Shown in pieces: positions 1-9,452 of a stretch of 64,000 bases of DNA (the stretch's first letter is position 1; each line of letters starts with the position of its first letter). A program made the translations under genes and the position numbers. This DNA comes from an uncultured Desulfospira sp. (GTDB lineage: Bacteria > Desulfobacterota > Desulfobacteria > Desulfobacterales > Desulfobacteraceae): the NCBI GenBank assembly GCA_963663165.1, contig OY760175.1, positions 6,240,001 to 6,304,000 on the forward strand, written 5' to 3'. The notes under the pieces are model-generated. The model saw only the letters and a list, made by a program, of their open reading frames with translations, was not told where the DNA came from and searched no databases.

Positions 1-942
1 CTGGGGTTAGGGATTTATGAGAACAATTCGGTTCTCCATTACCTGTATTTCGGGGTGACCCAGGGGATTTATCCGCCGTTGATTTTTCTGGGCATCGGGG
101 CCATGACCGACTTTTCAACCCTGCTGGCCCGCCCGATCCTCATGCTGTTGGGGGCCGCAGCCCAGACCGGCATATTTATCACATTTTTAGGGGCCTTAGC
201 CTTGGGATTTGCCCCCAATGAAGCCGCTTCCATCGGGATTATCGGCGGGGCGGACGGTCCTACCGCCATCTTTTTAACGGCCAAGCTTGCGCCCAACCTG
301 ATCGGCCCTATTGCCGTGGCCGCCTACTCCTATATGGCCCTGGTGCCCGTGATCCAGCCGCCCATCATGAAACTGTTAACCACTAGAAAAGAGCGGCTCA
401 TCCGCATGGAAGAACCCCGGCAGGTAACCAAAAGAGAAAAGATGATCTTCCCTGTGGTGGCCTTTTTGCTCTGCTGTTTTCTGGCCCCGGCGGCCCTGCC
501 GCTGTTAGGCATGCTCTGTTTTGGCAATGTCTTGAAAGAGGCCGTGGTGACCGAACGGCTGGCCGTTACCGCCAGGAACGCCATCATTGATACGGCCACC
601 ATTCTTCTGGGCCTGACCGTTGGGGCGTCCACCCAGGGGGATGTGTTCCTGACCTCAAGCTCTGTGAGAATTTTTATCCTGGGGGCCCTGTCCTTTGGTA
701 TTGCCACAGCCTCAGGGTTGATTTTTGCCAAATTCATGAACCTGTTCTTAAAGACCAAAATCAATCCGTTGCTGGGCGCGGCCGGGGTGTCTGCTGTTCC
801 GGATTCGGCCCGGGTGGTCCAGATCGTCGGACAGCGGGAAGATCCCACCAACTTTTTGCTCATGCACGCCATGGCCCCCAATGTATCCGGGGTCATCGGC
901 TCGGCCATTGCGGCCGGGGTCTTGTGGAGCCTGATGGTTTAA
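1..942 (+). CDS. oadB: Na+-translocating carboxybiotin decarboxylase beta subunit (OadB/MmdB/GcdB family), 5'-truncated by window edge
   Basis: Frame open from base 1. Motifs [48 protein letters not shown] and [14 protein letters not shown]. Substrate cannot be told from the beta subunit alone. Confidence 0.9.
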   Translation: MGLGIYENNSVLHYLYFGVTQGIYPPLIFLGIGAMTDFSTLLARPILMLLGAAAQTGIFITFLGALALGFAPNEAASIGIIGGADGPTAIFLTAKLAPNLIGPIAVAAYSYMALVPVIQPPIMKLLTTRKERLIRMEEPRQVTKREKMIFPVVAFLLCCFLAPAALPLLGMLCFGNVLKEAVVTERLAVTARNAIIDTATILLGLTVGASTQGDVFLTSSSVRIFILGALSFGIATASGLIFAKFMNLFLKTKINPLLGAAGVSAVPDSARVVQIVGQREDPTNFLLMHAMAPNVSGVIGSAIAAGVLWSLMV

Positions 943-964
943 AGCCGTTAAGGTAAAAAAGCGT

Positions 965-1861
965 ATGGCACAACAGATCAGCATCATCGGTATTCCCATG
1001 GACTTCGGCCAGCTTCTCAGAGGGGTTGACATGGGGCCTGCGGCGGTAAGGTATACGGAACTTGCCAGGCGGTTAAGGCAGCTGGGCCATGTTGTCCGGG
1101 ACCGGGGCGATGTGCCGGTTCCCATCCGGGATGCCGAACCGGAAACCAAACAGGGCAGGGACAAGTACCTTAAAGAAATCATCCAGATCTGCAATGCGGT
1201 ATATACCCTTGGCCGGAAGGCGGTGGATCAGGGAGATTTTCCGTTGTTCATCGGCGGGGACCATTCCGTTGCCATCGGAACCGTGGCCAGTGTTGCGGCC
1301 GATGGCCCTGTGGGGCTGATCTGGGTGGATGCCCATGCCGACTTTAACACCCCGGACACCTCACCGTCAGGAAATATCCATGGTATGCCCCTGGCGGTTT
1401 TGATGGGGGAGGGGTACCCGGACCTGGTCAATGTGGGACGGCCCGGCCCCAAAATCAAGCCTGAAAATGTGGTGCTCATCGGCCAGCGGGACCTGGACCC
1501 CGGAGAAAAAAAACGGCTCAGGGCCCTGGGAATGACCGTATTTACCATGAGGAACATTGACGAACAGGGAATTTCAGCGGTTGCGGAAAATACCCTTGCC
1601 AGGTTGTCCCATTTAAAACGGGTTCACCTGACCCTGGACATGGACGCCTTAGACCCCGTGGAGGCCCCGGGTGTGGGCACGCCGGTACCCGGCGGCATCA
1701 CCTACCGGGAGGCCCATCTGCTTATGGAAACCCTGTCTGATTCCGGCAAAATTTGTTCCATGGACCTTGTGGAGATCAACCCCATTCTGGATGTGGCCAA
1801 TAAAACCGCCGGCCTTGCCGTGGAACTGGCCCTTTCCGTCCTTGGGAAAAGCATTTTGTGA
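965..1861 (+). CDS. rocF: Arginase
   Basis: GVDMGP, GGDHS, DAHADFN, SGNIHGMP, DMDALDP and GVGTPVPGG Mn-binding ureohydrolase motifs. Confidence 0.92.
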   Translation: MAQQISIIGIPMDFGQLLRGVDMGPAAVRYTELARRLRQLGHVVRDRGDVPVPIRDAEPETKQGRDKYLKEIIQICNAVYTLGRKAVDQGDFPLFIGGDHSVAIGTVASVAADGPVGLIWVDAHADFNTPDTSPSGNIHGMPLAVLMGEGYPDLVNVGRPGPKIKPENVVLIGQRDLDPGEKKRLRALGMTVFTMRNIDEQGISAVAENTLARLSHLKRVHLTLDMDALDPVEAPGVGTPVPGGITYREAHLLMETLSDSGKICSMDLVEINPILDVANKTAGLAVELALSVLGKSIL

Positions 1862-4755
1862 TTCTGTCCGAGTATATTGCCTCTCTAAAAAACTACAAAG
1901 GGTTTCGGGGGGACATTGTCTGCCACCGGACCCTGGACCGGACAACGCCTTGTTTTTCTAACAAAACGCCCAGGCTTTCCCATGACCCGGAGGCTTTGCT
2001 GAAAACCCTCGGCATTGAGCGGCTGTACGCCCATCAGCAAGAGGCCGTGGACATGATCCGCAAGGGCACCCATACGGTTATTGCCACCCCGACGGCCTCG
2101 GGAAAAAGTCTGGTTTACAACCTTCCCGTCATTGATGCCGTGCTGGATAACCCGGATGCCAGGGCATTGTATCTGTTTCCCCTCAAGGCCCTGGCAAGAG
2201 ACCAGCTGGACACTGTCCGGCAGCTGTTAAAGACCGCCCGGGCCCTGACACCCGAAAAGATGAAACTAACGGCCGAGGTGTATGACGGAGATATTTCCGC
2301 CTATAAAAAGGCCAAAATCCGGCGGGACCCGCCCCAGGTGCTGCTCACCAACCCTGAGATGCTCCATCTGGCCATGCTGGCCCACCACCATCTCTGGGCG
2401 GATTTTTTTGCCCATCTCTCCTATGTGGTCATTGATGAGGTCCATACCTACCGGGGGGTCATGGGTTCCAACATGGCCTGGGTGTTTAGGCGGCTGATCC
2501 GCATCTGCCGCCATTACGGGTCAGATCCTGTCTTTGTTTTCTGCTCGGCCACCATTGCCAATCCCGCAGCGCTTTGCGGCCGCCTTACCGGCCTTGATGT
2601 AAAGGTCGTGGATACATCCGGCGCCCCGTCGGGGCAAAAGGATGTCCTGCTCATGCGCGGCCTTGAAGGGGCTGCCCAGACGGCCATTGCACTGATCCAT
2701 GCAGCGGTTCACCGGCAGTTGAGAACCATTGTCTATACCCAGTCCAGAAAAATAACGGAACTGATCGCCCTATGGGCCTCCCAGCGGGCCAAAGGGATGC
2801 GGGACAAAATATCGGCCTACCGGGCCGGGTTTCTTCCCGAGGAACGCCGGGAGATTGAACAGAAAATGGCCAGCGGCGACCTGCTGGCCGTTGTGTCCAC
2901 GTCAGCCCTGGAACTGGGCATTGATATCGGGGCCCTTGACCTGTGCATTCTGGTGGGGTACCCGGGCACCATGATGTCCACCTGGCAGCGGGCCGGACGG
3001 GTAGGGCGGGCCGGACGGGAATCGGCCATGATTCTCATTGCCCACGAGGATGCCCTGGACCAGTACTTTATCAATCATCCCGACGATTTTTTTTCAATGC
3101 CCCCGGAAACCGCCATGATCAATCCAGGCAACCCCATGATCATGGAAAACCACCTGGAGTGTGCCGCCGTTGAACTAACCTTGCGCCACGATGAACTTCT
3201 TTTGAATGACCCCGGGGTCCTGTCCTGCATCAAGGGGCTGGAACAGCAGGGAAGGCTGCTCAAAAGCCGTGAGGGAACCCTCTGGTACGGGGCCAGGAAA
3301 GCCCCCCACCGGGAGGTCAGCCTCAGGGGAACCGGAAAATCCATTCCCATTTTCAATGCCCAAACCCGGGAAAGCTTAGGCGAGATTGACCGGCACAGGG
3401 CCTTTTTTGAGACCCATGAGGGGGCGGTTTACCTTCACCGGGGCAAGACCTATGTGGTGACCCGGCTGGATTATGAAAAAGGGGCGGTTGAGGCCGAGCA
3501 GGAGACCGTGTCTTACTATACCCGGGCAAGGTCTTCCAAGACCACCCACATTATGGAAGTCCTGGATTCCAAAAGGGTTGGCGCCACCCGGGTCTGCCTG
3601 GGGAATTTAAAAATTGTGGAGCAGGTCACCGGGTTTGAAAAAAAGACCGTGGCCGGGCAAAAATCCCTTGGGATCGTTCCTCTGGACTTGCCCGAGTTAA
3701 CTTTTGAAACCCAGGGGCTATGGATCGAGATCCCGGATGAGGTCAGGGATGAAATTGAATACCGGCGCCTTCATTTCATGGGCGGAATCCATGCCCTGGA
3801 GCATGCGGCCATCGGTATCATGCCGTTGCTGGTCATGACGGACAGAAACGATTTAGGCGGCATCTCCATTCCATTTCATCCCCAGGTGGAAAAGGCCGCA
3901 GTGTTTATTTATGACGGGGTTCCCGGCGGCCTCGGGCTGTCCGGTCAGGCCTTTACTCAGGCCCAGGCGCTCTTTAACAGGACTTTTGATGCCATCAGGT
4001 CCTGTTCCTGCGATAACGGGTGTCCGGCCTGTGTCCATTCCCCCAAATGCGGCTCCGGCAACCGGCCCATTGACAAGGCAGCGGCCATGGCCATTCTTGA
4101 GTTGATCCGCGAGGACGGGCAGGGCCAGGGCAGGGCCGATGGGGATGAAACACCCGTTTACACAGGGATCCCTTTGGGGCTGGAAAAGGCTGCTGAAAGT
4201 TGTTCTGATCATAAAAAAGAGGTCCGCCGGTACGGGGTCCTGGACATTGAAACCCGGCGGTCGGCCGCCGAGGTCGGGGGGTGGAACAAGGCCGAAAGAA
4301 TGGGGGTTAGTATAGCCGTTCTTTATGATTCCGGCTCCGACACCTTTTATGATTTTCACCAGGATGAGGTGCCCCGACTGGTGGATCATCTAAAGCAACT
4401 GGACCTGGTCATCGGGTTTAACATCATCCGGTTTGATTACAAGGTCCTATCCGGTCTAAACGACTATAATTTTCACCGGCTGCCCACCCTGGACATCCTG
4501 TCAAAGGTTCATGAAGTCCTGGGATACCGGCTGTCTCTGGATCATTTGGCCCAGCAGACCCTGGGGGAAAAAAAGAGCGCAGACGGACTCATGGCGCTAA
4601 AGTGGTGGAAACAGGGGAAAATGGATGAGATCATCCAATACTGCCGCCAGGACGTACGGGTAACACGGGATCTTTACCGGTTCGGCAAAGACCATCAGTA
4701 CCTGTTGTTCAAAAACAAGGCCGGGAACGAAGTAAGGGTACCAGTCTCCTGGTAA
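1858..4755 (+). CDS. DEAD/DEAH-box helicase of Hrq1/SftH/MrfA(YprA) type with DUF1998 Cys cluster and a fused C-terminal RNase_H_2 (YprB-like) DEDD exonuclease domain
   Basis: TPTASGKS, DEVH, CSAT, ALELGIDIG, QRAGRVGR; CSCDNGCPACVHSPKC; C-terminal VLDIET...GFNIIRFDY...YCRQDV. GTG start overlaps the arginase TGA. Confidence 0.88.
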   Translation: MILSEYIASLKNYKGFRGDIVCHRTLDRTTPCFSNKTPRLSHDPEALLKTLGIERLYAHQQEAVDMIRKGTHTVIATPTASGKSLVYNLPVIDAVLDNPDARALYLFPLKALARDQLDTVRQLLKTARALTPEKMKLTAEVYDGDISAYKKAKIRRDPPQVLLTNPEMLHLAMLAHHHLWADFFAHLSYVVIDEVHTYRGVMGSNMAWVFRRLIRICRHYGSDPVFVFCSATIANPAALCGRLTGLDVKVVDTSGAPSGQKDVLLMRGLEGAAQTAIALIHAAVHRQLRTIVYTQSRKITELIALWASQRAKGMRDKISAYRAGFLPEERREIEQKMASGDLLAVVSTSALELGIDIGALDLCILVGYPGTMMSTWQRAGRVGRAGRESAMILIAHEDALDQYFINHPDDFFSMPPETAMINPGNPMIMENHLECAAVELTLRHDELLLNDPGVLSCIKGLEQQGRLLKSREGTLWYGARKAPHREVSLRGTGKSIPIFNAQTRESLGEIDRHRAFFETHEGAVYLHRGKTYVVTRLDYEKGAVEAEQETVSYYTRARSSKTTHIMEVLDSKRVGATRVCLGNLKIVEQVTGFEKKTVAGQKSLGIVPLDLPELTFETQGLWIEIPDEVRDEIEYRRLHFMGGIHALEHAAIGIMPLLVMTDRNDLGGISIPFHPQVEKAAVFIYDGVPGGLGLSGQAFTQAQALFNRTFDAIRSCSCDNGCPACVHSPKCGSGNRPIDKAAAMAILELIREDGQGQGRADGDETPVYTGIPLGLEKAAESCSDHKKEVRRYGVLDIETRRSAAEVGGWNKAERMGVSIAVLYDSGSDTFYDFHQDEVPRLVDHLKQLDLVIGFNIIRFDYKVLSGLNDYNFHRLPTLDILSKVHEVLGYRLSLDHLAQQTLGEKKSADGLMALKWWKQGKMDEIIQYCRQDVRVTRDLYRFGKDHQYLLFKNKAGNEVRVPVSW

Positions 4756-4757
4756 CG

Positions 4758-4821
4758 GTGTTTGGGCGAAAACTCACCCATCTGTTGCGCCTTGCATCTG
4801 GGCAAGTTTTCACCCAAACAC
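4758..4821. terminator. Long imperfect hairpin between convergent genes (bidirectional terminator or REP-like element)
   Basis: GTGTTTGGGCGAAAACTCACCCA ... TGGGCAAGTTTTCACCCAAACAC, 23-bp arms with 3 mismatches. Confidence 0.5.
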
Positions 4822-4848
4822 GGGTTATCGATCAGGCCAGACCTTGAC

Positions 4849-5169
4849 TCAAGACTTGATCAATCTAAGCACGTGGGTTTCCTGTAGTTTCTTCCACATG
4901 GCGTGAACAATGACCATGGTTGGGTCATCGTCCCCGGTCCCTGTCTCTTCAATGGCTTGGAGGCATTCATGGAGCAGCAGGTCATTGCCGCTCCACAATC
5001 TGAAATCTCTGGCTATTTGAAGTCCAACGACTTTATGGACTAAATGTAACTGTTCGGTTTTCATGGAACCCAGCCGGGTTCGATCTATCAATGGCAGATC
5101 AGCGATAAGGATGCTGACGGCCTCGTCAATGGTTGTGGGTAAGTTGCTGCTCAAGGGTCTTGTAAACAT
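4849..5169 (-). CDS. Small hypothetical protein, DUF6794-like
   Basis: PTTIDEAVSILIADL...GLQIARDFRLWSGNDLLL...IVHAMWKKL resembles DUF6794 from memory. The ATG at 5169 is preferred over 5259. Confidence 0.5.
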   Translation of the reverse strand: MFTRPLSSNLPTTIDEAVSILIADLPLIDRTRLGSMKTEQLHLVHKVVGLQIARDFRLWSGNDLLLHECLQAIEETGTGDDDPTMVIVHAMWKKLQETHVLRLIKS

Positions 5170-5346
5170 GATTTTTGCACTGCTTTCTATCGATTCCTTT
5201 TGGTTCGCCCATTGGTTTTCCCATCCAATGCCGGGGGGCCATGGGCAAACTGTAAACATAATATTCCCCTTCGGCCGTCACCAAAGGTTGCCGGCCAATG
5301 TATGCCTTTGATTAATGAATGTCAAATGATTGAACAGTTACGGACC

Positions 5347-5442
5347 TTTTTATATGAAAGTCTCACTAACATCCTGATAAGACTTTCATTATTCGTTGTG
5401 GGCGGTTCTTGGTTGGATAACCAAGGCGGCCCGTGGCCGTTA
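5347..5442 (+). repeat. Dispersed ~95-bp two-hairpin repeat, family A, copy 1
   Basis: TATGAAAGTCTCACTAACATCCTGATAAGACTTTCAT...GTTGTGGGCGGTTCTTGGTTGGATAACCAAGGCGGCCCGTGGCCGTTA; homologous copies at 21200, 45583, 49192 and 56487. Confidence 0.85.
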
Positions 5443-5444
5443 TA

Positions 5445-5476
5445 AGAAACTGGAGACAAGAAACAAGAGACAAGAG
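5445..5476 (+). repeat. Short heptamer run (ACAAGAR type)
   Basis: AGAAACTGGAGACAAGAAACAAGAGACAAGAG, same unit as the array at 41195. Confidence 0.65.
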
Positions 5477-5584
5477 GGCGAAGCACCTGCGGTGCCCAGT
5501 TTATAGCCTGCCGTTGCCGGTATCTTCAGTTTCATGATTTGTTGTGGGCCGAATGGGATTAATAATCCACGCGGCCCATGGCCG

Positions 5585-5613
5585 TTAGTTTTCAGCATTG
5601 GCTGAATCGTTAC
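5585..5613 (-). repeat. Short repeat, family B (GTAACNATTCAGC..AATGCTGAAAACTAA)
   Basis: Reverse complement matches 9294-9322 with 2 mismatches. Confidence 0.65.
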
Positions 5614-5746
5614 GAATTGTTTTTAGATAGAAGGGGGGGATAATGCAAAAACTTTAGATGCTTCATATCGCTTTACACCGTTCCGGATTATTGATATGGG
5701 TCTGTCATGAGATTGTAAACCTTAAATTCGTTAAGGAGGCTGCCCC

Positions 5747-6757
5747 ATGACCCCGCAGGAACCGTTCAAGGCCCTGGTGGTAGACAGGGATAACAAAGGC
5801 GTAACCGCTCAGATCAAACAACTGGAACTTTCGGATCTGCCCGATGAGGATGTTCTCATCCGGGTGGATTATTCCACCTTAAATTATAAGGAAGGGTTGG
5901 GGTTTGCCGACCGGAACAAGATTTTCCGTGTGTTTCCCATGGTCCCGGGCCTGGACCTTGCCGGCACCGTGGTTGAGTCGGATTCCCCTAAATTTTCCCC
6001 GGGGGACCAGGTGGTGTTAAACGGCTGGAGCGTGGGGGAACGGTACTGGGGCGGTTACGCCCAGATGGCCCGGATAAAATCTGATTTTCTCATCCCTTTG
6101 CCGTCGGGAATGGATACTAGAAAGGCCATGGCCATCGGCACGGCCGGATATACGGCCATGCTCCTGACCATGACCCTGGAAGAGGCCGGGGTCAAACCGG
6201 ACAGCGGCCCGGTCATTGTCACCGGGGCGGCCGGCGGAGTCGGCTCCAGCGCGGTGGCCATCCTTTCAGGCTTAGGGTATGAGGTCACGGCACTGACCCG
6301 GGCAGACCAGGCATCCACCCATGATTTTCTGCGCAGCATTGGGGCAAAAAATTTTGAATTCGGAGAAGAATGGTCCAAAGACCCGGCCCCCCTGGAAAAC
6401 CAGAAATGGGCCGGGGGCGTGGACACGGTGGGCACCAAAGTGCTGGCAAGGGTTCTTTCCCAGATGAATTACGGCGGATGTGTGGCCGCCTGCGGCCTTG
6501 CCGGAGGCTTTGACCTGTCCACCACGGTGATGCCCTTTATCTTAAGGGGCGTCAGCTTAAGGGGGGTGGATTCGGTCTGGTGCCCCAATGAGAGAAGAAT
6601 CAAGGCCTGGGACCGGCTGGTCACGGATTTTCCGGATGCAGCCTTAAACCACATCAACAATGAAATCTGCCTGGAACAGGTGCCGGAATATGCCAAAAAA
6701 ATCTTAAAAGGCGAGATTGTGGGCCATATCATCATTAATGTAAATAAAGAATTTTAA
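5747..6757 (+). CDS. acuI: YhdH/AcuI-family MDR oxidoreductase (acryloyl-CoA reductase-like)
   Basis: YSTLNYKE, PMVPGLDLAG, AMAIGTAGYTAML, VTGAAGGVGS, VAACGLAGG, MPFILRGVSLRGVDSV. Confidence 0.85.
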   Translation: MTPQEPFKALVVDRDNKGVTAQIKQLELSDLPDEDVLIRVDYSTLNYKEGLGFADRNKIFRVFPMVPGLDLAGTVVESDSPKFSPGDQVVLNGWSVGERYWGGYAQMARIKSDFLIPLPSGMDTRKAMAIGTAGYTAMLLTMTLEEAGVKPDSGPVIVTGAAGGVGSSAVAILSGLGYEVTALTRADQASTHDFLRSIGAKNFEFGEEWSKDPAPLENQKWAGGVDTVGTKVLARVLSQMNYGGCVAACGLAGGFDLSTTVMPFILRGVSLRGVDSVWCPNERRIKAWDRLVTDFPDAALNHINNEICLEQVPEYAKKILKGEIVGHIIINVNKEF

Positions 6758-6777
6758 CCCCATTTAGGAGACGATTT

Positions 6778-7233
6778 ATGACGACCATCGCCCCAGGCAC
6801 CCCCATCCCCTGCCGTGTGAGAAGAACCCTGGACAAGGGGGATTTTTCCATCCTTCACCAGCTGACCTGGTTTAATATGGCGGTTCACTCAGATGCCGAA
6901 TATGCCAAGGGCACCTGGTTCAAGGAACGCTCCCTGGCCGGGCCCGTGATTTTTACCGTGTCCGACGGCCTGGTTCACCATGCCGATAACATTGCCGAAC
7001 TTTTGGCCAAAGACGGGTATGAAATTTATGCCTATATCGGGGTGGACAACATGAAAATCACTTCTCCGGTCCTGTTCGGGGACACCCTGCGCGCCGATGC
7101 CAAGGTGGTGGCGCTTCGCCCGACCAAGAACCCGGAACGGTTTTTGTTTATCTATGAAAACAAGGCCTATAACCAGAGAGACGAGCAGGTCATTGAATAC
7201 CAGACCACCATGCTGGTCGTCAAAAAGGGCTGA
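6778..7233 (+). CDS. MaoC-family hot-dog fold dehydratase
   Basis: AVHSDAEYAKGTWFKERSLAGP and PVLFGDTL...AYNQRDEQV. Confidence 0.75.
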   Translation: MTTIAPGTPIPCRVRRTLDKGDFSILHQLTWFNMAVHSDAEYAKGTWFKERSLAGPVIFTVSDGLVHHADNIAELLAKDGYEIYAYIGVDNMKITSPVLFGDTLRADAKVVALRPTKNPERFLFIYENKAYNQRDEQVIEYQTTMLVVKKG

Positions 7234-7284
7234 TTGAGTCATTTGCCAGTGCAACAGATGTCATTAAAGATGCCGTAACGAAAA

Positions 7285-8175
7285 ATGCCTGGATTGAGTG
7301 CAAAGCAGGCGTTGCCGGCCATATTGGCGGGAGCGGTCATGATCAGTTTTTCAGGGGTATGGGTAAAGCTTGCCCATGTTTCCCCGACGGCTTCCGCCTT
7401 TTACCGGGTTTTTTTCGGCAGCCTGTTTTTGTTCCCGGCTGCTTTTTTAAAAGGGGAGCTGTCCCGAAAATCCCTGAAGCAATACGGGATAGCGGCCTTG
7501 TCTGCCGCCTTTTTTGCCCTGGACCTGTTCTTCTGGCATAAAAGCATTCTGTATATCGGGCCGGGGCTTGCCACCATTGTGAGCAACTTTCAGGTCTTTG
7601 GCATGGCCCTGGTGGGGATCCTGTTTTTTAAGGAAAAGCTTCGGTCGGCCTTTGTCATTTCCCTTCCCCTGGCCATGGCCGGGCTTTACCTGATCATCGG
7701 CGTCAACTGGAAAACCCTGGAACCCGGATACGGGGCAGGCCTGTTGTTTGGGTTTGCCACAGCCGCCTGCTACCTTGGCTATTTGTTGACCTTGAGAATG
7801 CTCCAGTCCGGGCAAAAGGAGCACTCCCATTTCTTTTTCATGATGCTGGTCTCATTGATGAGCAGCCTGTTCTTAGGCGGCATTATGGCCGCATCCGGGG
7901 ACAGTGTTGTCATCCCGGATCTTCAGTCGTTTTTTTCTCTTGCCGCCCTGGGGTTTTTAAGCCAGTTTGCTGGATGGGTACTGATCGCCAATGCCATGCC
8001 CCATATCAGGGCTTCCCACACCGGCCTGGTGCTGCTGCTCCAGCCGGCCCTGGCCTTTGTCTGGGACGTCCTGTTTTTCTCTCGGCCCACGGGTCTGCTC
8101 AACTGGACCGGGGTGTTCATCGCCCTGGCCGCCATTTATCTGGGAACGATGCAGAAAAGAAATCCGTCAACATAA
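7285..8175 (+). CDS. EamA/DMT family transporter
   Basis: About 10 hydrophobic segments; SAFYR, DLFFWH.SI, GLAT, LLLQP motifs. Confidence 0.85.
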   Translation: MPGLSAKQALPAILAGAVMISFSGVWVKLAHVSPTASAFYRVFFGSLFLFPAAFLKGELSRKSLKQYGIAALSAAFFALDLFFWHKSILYIGPGLATIVSNFQVFGMALVGILFFKEKLRSAFVISLPLAMAGLYLIIGVNWKTLEPGYGAGLLFGFATAACYLGYLLTLRMLQSGQKEHSHFFFMMLVSLMSSLFLGGIMAASGDSVVIPDLQSFFSLAALGFLSQFAGWVLIANAMPHIRASHTGLVLLLQPALAFVWDVLFFSRPTGLLNWTGVFIALAAIYLGTMQKRNPST

Positions 8176-8244
8176 ATACCGGTGGATTTTGAATTTGATT
8201 AATTTTGTCTCATGTCCGGGAATTGTACCCGGCTGCTGAACCGG

Positions 8245-8658
8245 TTATCCGTCTTTGTTCCCCTCAATAAGCCCCATTTCGACAAGCAGGGAGATAAGTT
8301 TTTTTGGCCTGACAGGTTTGGGAAGATAAGAAGTGGCACCGCCCTGATAGTATGCTTCAAATACGTTTTGGGGATTATCAAGGGCTGTTGTCATGATGAT
8401 CTTAACTTCGTTGGATGGATCTATACCATTGTGCTGCTCTATTTCGCGGATCAATTTTAAGGCTTCCTGCCCATCCATTTGCGGCATCATAATATCAAGA
8501 CAGACCAGGTCATATGGAATTCTGCCAATAATAGCCATTTCAAAGGACTCGACCGCATCTTTGCCGGTACTCACAATATCGCAGGCACCATGGGGATCAA
8601 GTGTGGTTTTCATCAACCTCTGACTTATGGGATCGTCTTCAGCTATTAGAATTCTCAT
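8245..8658 (-). CDS. Single-domain response regulator (CheY-like)
   Basis: ILIAEDD, DLVCLDIMMPQMDG, IIMTTA, YLPKP. Confidence 0.9.
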   Translation of the reverse strand: MRILIAEDDPISQRLMKTTLDPHGACDIVSTGKDAVESFEMAIIGRIPYDLVCLDIMMPQMDGQEALKLIREIEQHNGIDPSNEVKIIMTTALDNPQNVFEAYYQGGATSYLPKPVRPKKLISLLVEMGLIEGNKDG

Positions 8659-8793
8659 GATGGTTCCCCCTGAAGATTTGTTAATAATGTTATTAAATCA
8701 AATATTTAAATAGGGTATCAAAAATACGAAAAAAAAACAAAAAAAATTTTTAAACTTTTGGAGTTGAATAGCACAGTGAAATCCTGTTCGGTT

Positions 8794-9279
8794 CTAAGGC
8801 ATGTTCAAATAAGTGTCAAGTTCGGCCATATCGTCTTCACAAAAAACGAGAATACCCTGCTGCCGCATCAGGGCGGCCGTGACCCCCATTCCCGGAATCA
8901 GGGTGCCGGAAAAGGTGCCGTCGTAGATTTCTGATTTCCCGCAGGAAGGGCTTCGCTGTTTTAAAATGGCCGCTTTCACCCCTTCTTTTACGGCCAAAGC
9001 AAGGGCCTGTTCGGCCCCGCTGATAAAGGCCCGGGAGACGTCCTCTCCCTGGATATTTTTTACCGGGGCACCGCCTTTTAAGACATCATCGCCGGACCCG
9101 CTGATGATTTCCGCCGGCGGCCGGGGCAGGGGAAGGCCGCCGGCCATTTCAGGACAGAATTTCACCAGCCGGCCCTGAAGTTCAAGCTGCCGGATCACGG
9201 GATGGTCCAGGGGGGCAAGCTTTCCGTCGTACCGGACCCTCTCCCCGGCAAGACAAGCTGATATAAGAATTTTTTCCAT
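8794..9279 (-). CDS. DUF523 / 2-thiouracil desulfurase (YbbK) family protein
   Basis: ILISACLAGERVRYDG, FCPE, ILKQRSPSCG, GMGVTAA. Confidence 0.85.
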   Translation of the reverse strand: MEKILISACLAGERVRYDGKLAPLDHPVIRQLELQGRLVKFCPEMAGGLPLPRPPAEIISGSGDDVLKGGAPVKNIQGEDVSRAFISGAEQALALAVKEGVKAAILKQRSPSCGKSEIYDGTFSGTLIPGMGVTAALMRQQGILVFCEDDMAELDTYLNMP

Positions 9280-9293
9280 ATTTAAAAACCACT

Positions 9294-9445
9294 GTAACTA
9301 TTCAGCTAATGCTGAAAACTAAGCAAAACAAGGGTCCGTAACTGTTCATCAGTGCTTCATATTTGTTTAGTCAGACCTTCGTAGCATACTGTTGCTATGT
9401 GAGAAGGCCTGAATGAGCGAAGATGGGGCACTGCTGAACAGTTAC
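9294..9445. repeat. Family B short copy (9294-9322) followed by a 108-nt long hairpin element (9338-9445)
   Basis: Terminal arms GTAACTGTTCATCAGTGC / GCACTGCTGAACAGTTAC (17/18). Pairing continues inward to a GTAGCA-TACTGT-TGCTAT apex. Confidence 0.7.
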
Positions 9446-9452
9446 AAACCAC

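Noticed and set aside
5235..5300. GGCAAAC-containing stretch as a possible c-di-GMP riboswitch
   Set aside because: It lacks the GAAA tetraloop stem and downstream conserved segments.
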